Shown here piece by piece: positions 1-13,069 of a stretch of 64,000 bases of DNA. Origin of the DNA: Klebsormidium nitens (lineage: Eukaryota; Plantae; Klebsormidiophyceae); contig DF237174.1 of NCBI GenBank assembly GCA_000708835.1, positions 69,788 through 133,787 on the forward strand. Reading direction: 5' to 3'. The number at the start of each line of letters is the position of its first letter. The first letter of the stretch is position 1. The translations under genes and the position numbers were made by a program. The notes beneath the pieces were generated by a model that saw only the letters and a program-made list of their open reading frames with translations, was not told the DNA's origin and did not search any database.

Positions 1-223
1 AAGTGTATCTAAGTGGACCCTTTGCAACATCCTTGTTGGTTGTCTGAATGAAATTGCAAACTTTACAAGCACTCTTGAACAAGAGCCCTTCATGATTGGT
101 ATGATTCCATGATATGATGGCCGCATCGCATGGCCGCAGAAGTCTCCAGATTCTTGAAGGCCTTTGCAAAGTTGTAGCTCGAAGTGGCCTCACCCCTCAA
201 CTCGTCATCACTTCCCTCTACAG

Positions 224-2719
224 GGCCTCCCCAATGCCGGCAAGTCGTCTCTCCTGAAAGCAGTCAGCCAGGCCAAACCTGACATCGCAGACTATCCTTT
301 CACGACGCTGATGCCTAATCTTGGGAGAATGGCGGGGGATCCCCTTGCACCAGATGGGGGCGCGGACTTTGGTGCGACGATGGCGGACCTTCCGGGACTG
401 ATCGAAGGCGCGCACATGGGGAGGGTGAGCCCTATTTCTGGCGCCGTAGCATGTTGACGGCGATGGTTGTGGAAAAACGGTGTCGTCGTCTGGTCAGTAA
501 AACAGTCTGGCAGGGGGAGGCCCTATATCTGGCGGGCAGACTGGCACTCAAAATAATGTATAGATGTTGGTGTGTTTCTGTTTAAATGAGGCTAGGGAGG
601 GCCTATCCCAGTCCCACCAAGTGTCGGGTGTTGAGGCGAACCATGTACTATGTGCACCAGATCTAGTCGTGGCTCTCCTTCCAAAATGCTCTTGCATGAT
701 AGAAAGCGGCGCCCCTTGCATTCTCAAGACATTCTCAAGAAAGTGTGCACCATTGGCCCCCTCGCTCGAGGGGCAAAGAATAGTCAAAGGGAAAAGAAAA
801 GGGGAAAGCAGAAAGAAAGAGGAGAACCTACGTGCCCTGCTACAAGCAAGCTATTGATGCACGAGACCTCAGAAAACCACGTCTTCTTCAAGGCACCCCG
901 GTGACGTCCTCAGCTTAGTACGTTTCTAGCCCCAACACGTCAGAATCGGTATTTGCACAAGCCCTTGAAACTTTAGTTCCTCCACCCTAAGAACTCTGCT
1001 AGAAATTTGCCGGGTCTCCGCTGCAGGGTCTCGGCCGGATGTTCCTTCGGCACTTGAGGCGAACGCGGCTGCTGGTCCACGTGGTCGATGCGTCCAATCC
1101 CGACCCGCTGCAAGACTTCCTCATTCTGCGCGAGGTGCGAACTTTTTCCAATCTGTCTGAGATGGCAGCTACGTTTGCAGGAGGTCGGCCCTTTGATTGC
1201 AGGCTAAGTGGTTTTGCACCAGGGACTCGTGTCAGGATAGTTTTGTCTTATATTTGATTCTGAGGCTGCCAGGGGTGTAACTTGCTCTCAAGAATCTGTG
1301 CACTGGTGAACGTTTCTTACGGCGGATGGTTGTCCATTGGGGTTCCACTCATGCAGGATGTGAAATCGAACGCAGGCTTGACCATCAAGCGTATGGAGAC
1401 GTTCTTTCGCTTCTGAAATCGGTTCAATGTCTCTCTTAGCAGAGGGTGCAATTGTCAAGCGGAGGGCAATGACACTCTTCATTGGTTTAAGGCTTGTACG
1501 TGTATCGGATGTTTTCTCGTCAGGTTGGCATTATCTCCCATACGGTTGGGGATGAGCTTCGTCACTTCTACAGACAGGAGCGTCGCCGTTTCTTGTTGAT
1601 CAGATATTCGTTTCCGGATGTCTTTAAGCCCAATGACGTCACACTTGAAGCAGCAAGCTTTCGGAATGCACATGGTAAACTCCGTTCCTCCCTCCGCAGG
1701 AGCTCCGGATGTACAATCCCGACTACCTCAAGCGTCCGTACATCATCGTTCTGAACAAGATTGACCGTCCGGAGGCCGCCCCGCAATGGGAGGCTGTCCG
1801 AGACCGACTGCTCGCGGGGGAGTACTTGCCGTCGGAAAAGGCGCCGGAATTTGCCGAAACTTCGACGGAGAGCCGCGGGCCAGGAAGCGCCGGCGTTGTC
1901 GGAAGCTCTGCTGACGTTAGCAGCGGGGAGTTGAGCGCGGATGGCGACAGCGGGGTGTCGGAACGGGCGGAACGAGCGGAACGGGTGGAAAGAGCGGACG
2001 ATGACGTGACGGCGAGTGCGCGGACGAGTGAGGAAATTACGACGGCTGAGGCTGCCACTTCGGGGGGTGCGAATGACGGGGATTCTCCGGGGGGTTCGAT
2101 TGAAGCGGAAACACTGTCGGATTGGGACTCCGCGGTACAGAAGGCGAAAGAAGAGGCGGGGTGGGGAAAGTCGAAGAAGGGAGGAAGCGGGGGGCGGAAG
2201 CAGGGGACAGCGGAAGAGGAAGAGGAGCGGAACGGGGCGCCGAAGGCCGTGCTGGGTATCAGCGCAAAGTACGCACTTCAACTTTTTATCTTTTGCGCTT
2301 CTACTTTCTACGGTATCTCGGTGGCAGGACTTTTCACGAGTTTGCAGACGAGTTTGCAAGATTCTGCTTAAAGGCTTGTTGCCGGATTGATCTTATTCTG
2401 ACAATGCGTTCTGTCTGACGACTTGTTATGTGAGCTCAGTGTCATAGGACTTCTTTCTGCTGATTGTGGCGCAAGCCTTTGTTATTACCAAGACTTTGGG
2501 CAGAAGCTTGCCAAATGGGATAACAAGATAGTGACCGCTGACCTACCAAAAATTTTAAATACTTGATTCTGTTTCTGGTGCAGGGAGGGAACGGGCATCA
2601 GTGCGTTTCTGAAAGCAGTGCGCGAAGCCTTGAAAGAAGACGAGAACAGTCCAGTGCTGCAGAGCGAACGAAGGAGAGAGCGAAGTCGCTATGTCAAGAG
2701 CCCCTCGTGGACCCTGTGA
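224..2719 (+). CDS. OBGC2: Obg/CgtA-family GTPase, plant OBGC2-like; 5' part lies outside the window. Exons 224-424, 1027-1134, 1700-2268, 2584-2719
   Basis: GLPNAGKSS (G1), YPFTT (G2), [10 protein letters not shown] (G3), [28 protein letters not shown] (G4) and ISAK (G5). GT-AG junctions keep the frame to a TGA at 2717-2719. The subfamily is recognised from memory of the plant protein. Confidence 0.9.
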
Positions 2720-4246
2720 TAATGGTTGGGTTGACCGTCAACAGGATCTTGTGATCAGAGGCTTCCATTGTCTCTTGCTAGCCAGGCCTACGTTGGCACT
2801 GGTCATTCCATTGTTCGTGATGGATACGCGTTCTTGGGGGACAGAAACGGCAAAAGGTCAACAGGAGTTACAACTCGGTGTTTGAGCACGTGAAGCCGGG
2901 TGATCAGTGCGACCGTGAGTGTCCATATTTGTGTCTTCACATGTACGTTTGTGACTATGCCCACGTGCAGTCACGAAGATTGCATGCCATTGCCACGCTT
3001 CTTCCAGCGGCGTTGGCATGGCATGTAGGGTGCAATGTACGATGGCCATATTGCCTGACTGTCTGAAGACTTTCACGTACAGTCACCAGTGTTACAGTCT
3101 TATTTGAACTGCGTCCCCGGGCCCGAGCCCCCCCGCTCCCTCCTCTGGCGGTCTTTACGTCGTTGCACGAAAGTGGACGACATTTTCGTCCCTGTAAACC
3201 CGAGCGATCGCTTCATGCCCTTATAATGCCCAGAGGCAAATTGATCCGGAGCTGGTTGACTCACCCCGACTTCCTTCGTTTGTAAGTCACAGGAATCTGT
3301 CCCGGCCACATGAAGCCCGGCCCCCGAAGACGGGTATGGATTGATGAGTGGGCATCTTTCTGAACGTCGCGCAGGATTGCTCTATGTTTTGGCAGTTAGC
3401 ACCGTCGTTCAGATCAATAAAATGTGCAGTCCGACCAACCAAGTCCTGCCAAGGTCTCATGATGCATCTGTGCATCACATCAGGCTGCTTGCAACGTGTC
3501 TCAGCATATTCAAAATCGAGTTGCACGGCAGATCCTCTGCCAGCAATATCGTAGTATGCTAACAGCATGCTCAAATTTTATATTCGGGACGGACCTACTG
3601 AGCTATGATAGAAACGATTCGGGAATGATCCTTCCAGCGATCTTCTTCATAATCATGCAAGCTCTGGCGAGCCTAAGTAAAACAGCCACGTAATTGCTTC
3701 CAGTGAGCCAGTCAGCTGCTTTCGTGATCCTAAATACAATCCTAGCTTGCATGAACTCACGGCCAAATCGCTGCCGCCTTGAATAAAGCGCCTGATGATG
3801 CATGCAAGATATCGAAGAACGAGAAGCGTACTGTAGGCCAGGTTTAATACGATCTTGAAAGATCCTAAGCATTGACAGAACCGGCCGACCAGTTGTATCC
3901 AACGGTCTCGATCTGAGTCTTCGTCGCCTACTAAACCGCCAGGGTTTTGAATCTGTTGCTGGTCAAGCCGCGGCCGCACGCGCTCCAGGTCCAGCCTGGC
4001 GGCCACGCACGCGTCAATGAAGCTGCGCTGTGTTACAGTATATGATTTAACCGATGCAGTTCTCGGCCTCGCTGTTGGGTAGGAATTCCTAGAGCAGAGG
4101 ACTCAGAGTGCTAGCACCAACTTCATGGTCTGCCCACATGGGAACGTGGGTACGACTCATCCCAACAGCAAACCCTTGCAACCTTTTTTACTTTTGACTG
4201 GCAAATACAGGCACCGACAATCTTGTATCAGTGTATGGGAGCCACG

Positions 4247-7200
4247 ATGGCGCTCAAAGACAGTACCTTCGCTGTGCACGGCGTTCCCCCTGCCCAGGCT
4301 CCTTATCCGAAGGCAGACCTTCAGGATGCGTTCGCACCGTTCTGCAATGATCCCAAGGCTCCTTTGAAGATGCTCAAGGTGGACGAGACGGCCCGCAACC
4401 TGGTGCAGACACATGACATCAAGAAGCTAGGCATGAGCAATGGTTTAGCGGCAGCCTGCGTGTCTGCGTGGAACTGTCACTACAACCTGGAGCTTAGCCC
4501 TGACGTCATCTGGATTGCCATAGCTCAGGCAAGCAAAACATGGTTCCTTCCCTGAGCCTGCTGCACTGCTGCAGACATGCAATACTGGACGGACGCAAAA
4601 GAGGGTCTGCTAACCTGCAATTCACCAGTAACAATCTTGTTGGAAGCATGCCCTCTTGGAAGTTCTGGAACAACCTTCGTGTTCTCTCAACAAAATACTC
4701 TGTGGTTTTGTTCAAGATAATAGATTGGAAAGTTTTGTGAGTTGCTTAGACTGCTTAGAGCAGTGAGATAAGTTCTAAAACCAAATCAGGACTCAAAAGA
4801 TCCTATCTGAGGCCTTCTCTATTGTAGTCATTTGATCAAGATTGGGAGATTTTGACAATTCAAACCACTGACCAAGGTGATGTCAACTCTAGTAAGGATC
4901 TCTGTTGCAGGGACTGGCTGCACATGTGAATGCAAACGCTGAGAAGCTCCGCTCGATATTTGTCAACCACGAAGGCAAGAAGGACATTCTCTTGCATTAT
5001 CCTCGGTATGGGGACTTGGACAAGCACTTGGGAGGAGAGGCAAGCTTCAACTGGCAGGTACGTGGCGACACGGTGCAATCTTCCTCGCTAGTAACTTTTG
5101 TTAATTTGCGGATGCACTTCCAGCTTTTCTTTTGTAGACTCTTAAGCTTGAGACTCGAGAGGCAAAGGGTAGTGCTCTGCAAAGCTCTGTCAAGTGTGAG
5201 CCTGCGGATTGTCTCCGATTCGAGCTGAGATCAGCAGCGCGCACTTGGGCGGATCCATTCTGAACTTGCCAAGGCTCAATGCAGCCACTACTTGGCTGTC
5301 TTGTACTGTGCAGGATTATTGCTGGCAAAATCAGTTTCCACGCTACTCAAGCCGTGCACTTACTCGACTTCAGCTCTCAGTCTGTCAGTTACAGTCAGCA
5401 GTTCCTACGTGGAACTTGACGCAGCCATTCTCACGTCACGTCGATTTTACAAGGAAGACTTTTCAACGTCTTGATAATGATCAGGATGCGTGAGTATAAA
5501 CAGTTGTTTGCGTAGATAGAATCAGAAATGTGAACAGAATGACAGCCTTTACTGATTGAGACAATGATTCCTAATGTTATTTGTCTGGATAGTAGCCACG
5601 GACTTTGCCGTCAAACCTTTCCAAAACGGCCAGCCTTGAGAGATTCTGGACAAGCATGATCTCATGAAGTCTTTCGCCTGCTTTGCAGGACGTCATTCGT
5701 GACTTCGCTTCCGCGGTCGGAGAGAGAACCAAGAGCAACGTTGGCATCGTCATGGAGTGCGACTTCAGTACGACGGGTCTCGTCGAGCTGACGGTCTCTC
5801 AGCTGGCTCTCATGGACGCCATGCAGCCCTACTTCAATTATTGCACGGAATGCATTTGCGGGATCCCAAAGATTACTCTTACGGGGACAGTCGAGGACTG
5901 GAAGAAGGTGAGGCATACCGCATCAAGATCTGCTCTTTTCGTCTGTAATCGATGTTTCCTCATAACAAAGCCTCCACTGTTCCTTGTAAGCCCCCGCTCG
6001 AAGAAATAAAAGCGCTCGATCGCATGGGGCCTGGGCGTAGATTTTCTCAAGGCTGGATTCACTGTCCGAAGATGCTGCACGCAAGTTTGCTTTGTGGTGA
6101 CAGACAAGAGACCTCACCCTCGGTTTACTTCAGGTCAAAGACGTGACTTCAGCAACCAAGACTTCAGGCTTCCTTTGTCGAGCTTCGCTGTTGCTGTCTC
6201 CGCTTCAGAACCACTTGACACGATAGCCCGCCAGGGATCCTCAGACTTGCGGAGGACCTCAGAATATCGCAATGCCTCCGCAGATCCGCGCAAAAGCCGC
6301 GGCTCTGGCGGCCTATGACCTGGACTGGTGGCTCCAGGAGCTTCTCCCCGTTCTCGACCACTTCGTCCCCGCCCGGGAGGGACGGCCTGACGTCACCTTC
6401 TGGCAGCGGATCTGCCGACAGGACGGAGGGACGGTCACAGGCATGGCCTATAACAAGTGAGCGCCTGACTTGAGAGGCGGTTCTCCATTTCTAACGAGTG
6501 TCACTTCGCTTCGTGCAGGATATTTGCTCATAACTGTTCCGTGAAACACGATAGAAATAATCTGCAAGGACATGTTCGTGGAAGGGCAAACGCTGCCTAT
6601 GTCCGACACTGGCAGCAAGCCTGAAGGGGGTTTGTGGCAGGGCATCTAACACAGATTAAGAGACTTATGCTTATGTTGCCTCTATGTTTCTTGTATAGGA
6701 TCCAATGATGCCAAGGAACAGCTCAGTAAAACATGTTAAGGACTAATCTAGAATGGTTCAGGGTCAAGAAGTGCTGTCAACATCTGGACTTTTTGACCCT
6801 GAAGTGCCAGGTTCAAACGCAGCCCTGTTGTCTCTGCACCGCACCTTTTGCTCCTAACTAACCTACCTTGCCTTGCAGGATCCCGGAATTCGTCAGCGGC
6901 TGGCTCTCCGTCTTCTTTCCGTACGACAGCCAAAACCGGAAGCGAGACCTGCGCTGGGACGCTCCAAAGCCTATGCCGTGGCCCCCGAGAAGCAAAGTTG
7001 TGCCGCACGATCCTGAAGCCTCTAAGGACCAGTCTGCGGAATACGGGCTTCGCATCTACAACACGGACTTCCCTTCCGGCGTCTCGAGCGCACCCATCAA
7101 CGTTAAACTTCGGAGGGGCGAGTCGCTTCAACTCAAACTGTTGGGAGGCTTTGTCGGCGTGGAACAAGACCCAGTGATGCTGACTTTGAAGCCAGCAATC

Positions 7201-7263
7201 TCTTGGTGCGCAGCGCAGTGCTTGCCACCTGCACCGCAGGCTGAGGTCTCTCCTTGGTCGTAA
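4247..7263 (+). CDS. DUF4419 domain protein, copy 1 (~401 aa). Exons 4247-4528, 4911-5057, 5689-5907, 6284-6456, 6879-7263
   Basis: HYNLELSPDVIWIAIAQ-GLAAHVNANAEKLR, CDFSTT, LMDAMQPYFNY, CGIPKITLTGTVEDW, WW..ELLPVLDHF, GWLSVFFPY and GFVGVEQD are DUF4419-type motifs. The spliced length of 1206 nt is in frame. Intron 1 has a GC donor. Confidence 0.85.
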
Positions 7264-8733
7264 TACGGTGGTAGCGATCAAGGGCTTCCATCACGCTTGT
7301 GCCTCGCATGGCCCTGCTGTCAGCCACACAACCGTTGAACTCAGTGACTCTTCTTTAGAGACGAGGAAAGTTCGCGAGGTTAGGCAGGGGCCGGTTAGGC
7401 ATTGATAGAACACGCTCTGATTGTCCATTTTGACATGCTTCTCAAGCCCTGAAACTTTTGCAAACAACAAATCTTATCCGAAGTAGCTGACAAGTGCAGC
7501 ATATTGAGTTTCACACGCAGCATATTGAGTTTCACACGGAATTTGGCTTATGACCGTTGCATACAGCGTGCTATTCATGAGCTGCAAAAACCCGTGAACT
7601 TGTAAATGTGAATGCAGAATACACCGTGCCAGTATTTGTGAGTACTTTCCTGTGTGCAATCAATCAACACGTATAACTCAGCGGTCAAAGTGGTCATATC
7701 TGCTCTGCACGCTTATATGCTCGGATCGAAGGACGTAGAATCATAGAATGCGTTGCAGCCGCGCTGCGATGCACGTACTCGGCTTGATGGCTTCTCGCAG
7801 CCACGCCGCGTGCGGCTCAGGTCTCACGTGGCCATTTTGAAGCCTCGTAGCTTGGATTTGTGGTCGTCAGATGGATGATTGGACGATCCAGACTCTTCAT
7901 CATGCATCAGCTGGCCCAATCTGATATGCAGACTTGAGAAGGGCTGGAGCAATCCGGGTCCCTAAAAATGCTTGGTCGTACAACTTTGTCGCAACTTTAG
8001 CTTCTCGACGAATTTGAAAGAGCGGTAAGCTTCTCGACGTACTTGACAGAGCGGCTGATGACAAAGTGATGATGGGGTGCCATTCCAGACAACGGCATCA
8101 GCAGGCCAGCACAAGAAGGTCATTGAGGTACTTACGAAAACCTTAAAAGACGTGAATTCTGACGAGCTTCTCTGTCGCCCTGTAACGCCGGTAGTACGGT
8201 CCCACAACGACAAGCTTTTAATGAACGGCCCTTCGACGGCACTCGACGTGAGTCACTTGATTTCGCCTTAACGCGCCGAAGGTCGAAATCGTGTTTTCAG
8301 GATGCATCCTGATGCTGCCATGCTCGTTATAGAGCTCAGCGCTCGCATAGGAAACAGCAGCGGCGTAAGACGGTGACGTCGCAATGGCGTGCCGCGCGCG
8401 CTGCCTGCTTTTGCGCTGCTTGCGCGTACCGTCGAGACCGCGGCCGTGTGCGGCAGATTTGCTTGACGCGGCCGCTCAAACCCTGTCCCAGCTGTACGAC
8501 CGTTCGATCTGCAGAATGGACGACACAGATTGCGGGGTTACGTCCGGTTGCGTCCCAACCTAAAACCCTCAGGATATTGTGGCCCGCGTCGCCCTTTCTT
8601 TCCTTTTCAGATGATGCGAAACGAGCAACCAATGCAGCTGCCGCACTATATCCATACGTGCGCACGTCTGTAGTCGCTCATTTGGAGGGATCAGCTTTGT
8701 GAAAGAACGTGGAAGCGATCAGGCGCAATTGTA

Positions 8734-11611
8734 ATGGCGACCAAAACTAGCATCACCTTCTCTGTGCACGAAGTTGCTCCGGCCACGGAACCCTTTCCTA
8801 GAGTGGGCCTGAAGCACCTCTTCCAGCCTTTTTGCGACAATCGCCAGGCACCTCTCAAAATACTTGCGGTAGACAACAGCGTGGCCAAGACTTTGGTGAA
8901 GACGGATGATGATTACCTGAGCATCAGCAACGGATTCGTGGGAGCTTGCGTGTCTGCATGGAACGAGCACTATGATCTGGAGCTCAGCCCGGACGATATC
9001 TGGATTGCCATTGCTCAGGTGAGCATACAACACCCTATTGAGCCGTTTCTCCAGAAAGTCTAGTATAATCCTCTGCCAGGTTGGACAGCCTTCAAGTGGC
9101 ATCTGTGGCAAAAGGCAAGTCATACAAACCCGCTTTTGTTCACAAGCATGTGATTCGGAAGTAGAGATTAGCATGCAGCTGGCACATGTAGTATTAATTG
9201 TACCTTGGTTGTTCGAAGTTGCTGCAGGATGTACATCACTCAGCTGAGTATGTTCAGAGAGTTCTGAAAGTCTTCGAGCAGAGAGCTTTGGGACTCTTCG
9301 AGCAGCCCCGAATAGGTCCTTCTCCATGAAAGACCTTCAGTAAGATGATCTGGACAACCGCTTGCTCCCTTTCGTTTGGTGCAGGGGCTTGCAGCACATG
9401 TCAATGCAAACGCGAAAAAGCTCCGCGCTGCCTTCGTCGACCATTAAGGCAAGAAGAACATAGCTCTTGACAACGGTGAAGGCCAATACGGAGACTTTCT
9501 GAAAGCGGATTGCAAGTGGCAGGTATGTGGTATCACAGCATTTACTCATGAGGCAGACCACTTGCAACGGAAAGCTAAACTTAGGAATCGGATTGCTTTA
9601 CAAAAAGATGCCGAACCAGACCTTGTCATGGCTCGGAAGAACGAAGCAATGATCGGCGTCAAAAAGAGTACTAGTCTGGTCAGTTCATCTTACGGTGGCT
9701 GTATGACTGTCTGGCGTTCGTGGATTAGGCACTTCTCCAATTTTGAATCTGAATGCGAGAATATCAGCCTTTGGCGACGCAGACTTCCGACGCCCGTGTG
9801 ACCTCTGGACTCCAACCGCTCTTATAAGGGTGTGCCAATCTGCCAATGAGAATCTTGGAAGGAGCTGCAGGAGAGGTTCTCCAATCTTCTAAGGCTTTTG
9901 TTCAGAACTTGGCGCAGAAATAAAGCAACAGACGCTACTTGCCATTCTGACTCTCTTCTTCTCTCTGCAGGACGTGATCCGCGACTTTTCCAGTGCAATT
10001 GGGGAGCAGACCAAGCAGAATGTGCGCGAGCTCGTGGAGTGCGACTTCAGCACGACGGGCCTGGTGGAGCTGACTGTGTCACAGCTGGCGCTTATGGACG
10101 CCATGCAGCCGTATTTCAACTACCACATGTGCGTCTGCGGCATCCCGAAGATTACGCTTACAGGGACGGTCGAGGACTGGAAGAAGGTGAGTAGCAACGA
10201 TTACGATTTCTCCGGACGAAACCTTTTCCAAAAGCTGGAACGGCCTTGCTTGATTGGAAAGGAACGGTGATTCGGTTGCTCTCAGTGACTTCGAAGAAGG
10301 AACACTGAGCGCGTGGTCCTTTGCTGTTTGGGTGGCTTCTCCTTATGGCGAAGAGGCAAAGGATTGACCTCCTGCAACATCTCCCAAGACGAGGCTTCCT
10401 TTTGAAACCTTTCGCGCGTTTCGTGCCCATGGCAAAGGTCGACAGCTCTGTTCTGCTTCTGACTCGGACCTGTGCAACACGGAATTCAAAACAATTGAGA
10501 GTACCGATCTCTTGTCTGGGAAGTCCCTTCCGCTTAGAAGTTTTGTGTGCATTTGAAGTAAGGAAAAAATCTTACCGATTCTCTGAGCCCTGTATGTACG
10601 AAGCCGCAGAACGCTTGAGTCACGCTGACCCCCTCGTGATAGCTAGGTCACTCAGAACTTAGTCCGTCACAGGTCCGTGCGAAAGCCGCCGCTTTGGCAG
10701 CATACGATCTGGATTGGTGGCTCCAAGAGCTGCTCCCCATCCTCGACCATTTCGTTACCGCCCGGGAGGGGCGTCCTGACGTCAGCTTCTGGCGTCGCAT
10801 CTGCCGGCAGGACGGAGGGACAATCACTGGGAACGCGTACAACAAGTGAGCGCACGCCTTTGCCTTTCACTTGGAAAACGTACATCACTGAAAGGCGTGC
10901 ACGAGCTTTGGTTTGTGGGAGGGCCAAGTAAATGTGGTTCCAAGCTAACCAGGTTATTGAGCTGTGGTTCAAGAAACGCTGTTAGCATCGCCTCAGTATG
11001 TTTGATACGGGAAGGTCCCGTGTCGAACTTGCGAGCCGCTGATGCGCTATGAAACGAAACGAAGGTGCCAAGACGCTACGAAACTGAGGCGCCAATCACG
11101 TCAGGTTCTCAAGCTAACCGGACAAGGTTACTGAAGCTTGGTCAATCAGCCCATTGACCTGTTTCCGCCCTGTTCATAAAGTCGATCATGATGTTGCAGG
11201 GTCCCGGACTTCATTAGCGGCTGGCTGTCCGTCTTCTTCCCGTACAACAAGCAGAACAAGCGGCGTGATCTCCGCTGGGACGCCCCCAAGCCCCGGCCTT
11301 GGGCTCGGAACAGCGGGGTCGTGCCGCGCGATCCCGAAGCCTCCAAGGACCAGTCTGCGGAGTTCGGGCTTCGCATCTACAACAGCGACTTGCCATCGGG
11401 CATGTCGAGCGCGCCGGTGGAGATATCGTCTCCTGGAGGGAAGCTCCGCATGAGGCTTTTGGGAGGCTTTGTTGGGGTGCAACAAGATCCAGAGACCCTG
11501 ACCCTGAGGCCCGCGCTTTCGTGGTGCGCAGCGGAGTGTGTGGCAGTAACGCCGAAAGATTCGGGCAGTTCAGCCCCGGGAAAGAGTCAGAAGAGGCGGA
11601 AGCTCAGCTAA
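8734..11611 (+). pseudogene. DUF4419 domain protein, copy 2, with an in-frame TAA at 9445-9447. Exons 8734-9018, 9385-9522, 9971-10186, 10673-10845, 11200-11611
   Basis: Same five-exon structure and phases as copy 1. Exon 2 reads GLAAHVNANAKKLRAAFVDH*GKK, whereas copy 1 has NHEGKK (GAA to TAA). The other exons are open. Confidence 0.8.
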
Positions 11612-12048
11612 GGACCTATTGCATAAGGAAAGGCTTACCTACACGATCTAAAACTCTTGAGGCTGGTTTCGATACCATCCGTACATGACTAGATTTAGGT
11701 ACTAGGCTGGCTCAGTGTGCACGTCTCAAGAGAAACTAATTGAAACTGTCTGTGAGGATCTAGAGGATCGGAAAAGTTTGACGTCATACGTTGGCAACTG
11801 CATGGCAAACGTTTGGAATCTGATGGTGTACGCGTCCAAGTACATGTGCGGCCCGTACGTAGTGCGGGTTGCAGGCTTCAACATGCTTATCGCTGGCCTA
11901 TATGCAGTGGCCCGGCAGCTTCACATCTATCGCTAATGGTCAATTGCACCCCTGTGGCTAGCTATACTATGATACACATTGGTGCATATAAGTGTACCAC
12001 CAAATTACAAAAGTTCAGTGCACCCGTGCCCCAAGGCAAAATTCTATA

Positions 12049-13069
12049 AGAGTATCGGCCCTGATTCCGGAATTTCGCAATTCCGGACGCAAAAACCTTA
12101 TTCATAGCGTTGTTGAAGTAGCTTGCAACCCCGCCCCTAACTCCGCCCGGTTGCTTGATGGAGAAGTGGTCGGGGCATTTCAGCAAGATTCGTTTGCAGG
12201 ATAAGATCCATTCAGAAACCGCCGCGTGTCATAGGTCGGAACCTTGGTGTTAGGGGCGGCTTGGCCCGTCAACTTTGTAGGCCGAGAGCTAATGTAGCTA
12301 CCGGCTAGACCACCGGGCACTGTTGCAGGCTATATGCATGCTTATTGAGCTGCCCGGTCCAAAGTGTACCGCGCTCTTTCGACCGGCCTAGCACTGTTCC
12401 CAACTTCGGAACTTTCAACTGGAATAGGTGATACCTAGGTGACGCCGACCCCGAGTTTGAAATTGGAGTGTCCTCTTCGACTGAGCGCGCAAATGTTACG
12501 AAGTCGCGTGCAACCGAACTTTAAATTCTACACTGACCGTAGAGGCTTGACCGTCGAATTCGGTCGACCGTACGGCCATTCTGAATTTTCTGACATGGTT
12601 GTAAAATTGGCAAGTTCACCGCGCGCCGCGTGGCCAATATTCAATGTCGTTACGTACGGCGGTTCGATTTGCCCGGAGTTTCGTGCACAACGGGCGCAAT
12701 TGACACCATCGAAACTCCAACATTTGGCTGAGGTTCCGTGCACCGTCGATACGGATACGAATATCTACGGTCGAAACCACCTTATCCTGCAAACGAATCG
12801 ACTTTCCAATCTGGCAGTGATGGCTTCTGCGGCCTCCGAGTTAGGGGCGGGGTCGCGACGTTCTTCAACAAACCCGGACCTAACAAAGCAGTCTACCGAG
12901 CACGCTGGGACTTTCACCAGATCCAGTTCCGGATGCAGTTCGAACGCTATTAATTCCGAACACCGTGTGTACGTCAACTTACCGACCGAATCTATTATGT
13001 CCGCAATAAGGTTTTGAGCTTTTATATCCGTCCGGAATTGCAAAGTTCCGGAATCAGGGCCGATACTCT
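12049..13069. mobile_element. ~1.0 kb non-autonomous DNA-transposon-like element with terminal inverted repeats
   Basis: The left end agagtatcggccctgattccggaatttcgcaattccggacg nearly matches the reverse complement of 13029-13069. TA flanks both ends (12047-48 and 13070-71). Subterminal motifs (aaaaccttatt, accccgcccctaactc, gattcgtttgcaggataag) are also shared in inverted orientation. Confidence 0.75.

Noticed and set aside
1500-1720. Recurring cggatgt at ~1506, 1614 and 1705 as possible echoes of Obg exon 3
   Set aside because: The matches are only 7-8 nt with irregular spacing and are not distinguishable from chance.
3100-4020. Cluster of minus-strand ORFs upstream of DUF4419 copy 1, with some splice-like signals
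   Set aside because: No coherent reading frame or recognisable product.
12439-13017. 192-aa ORF inside the TIR element as a possible transposase
   Set aside because: It has no DDE/DDD or HTH-like motif, and it runs through the subterminal repeats.
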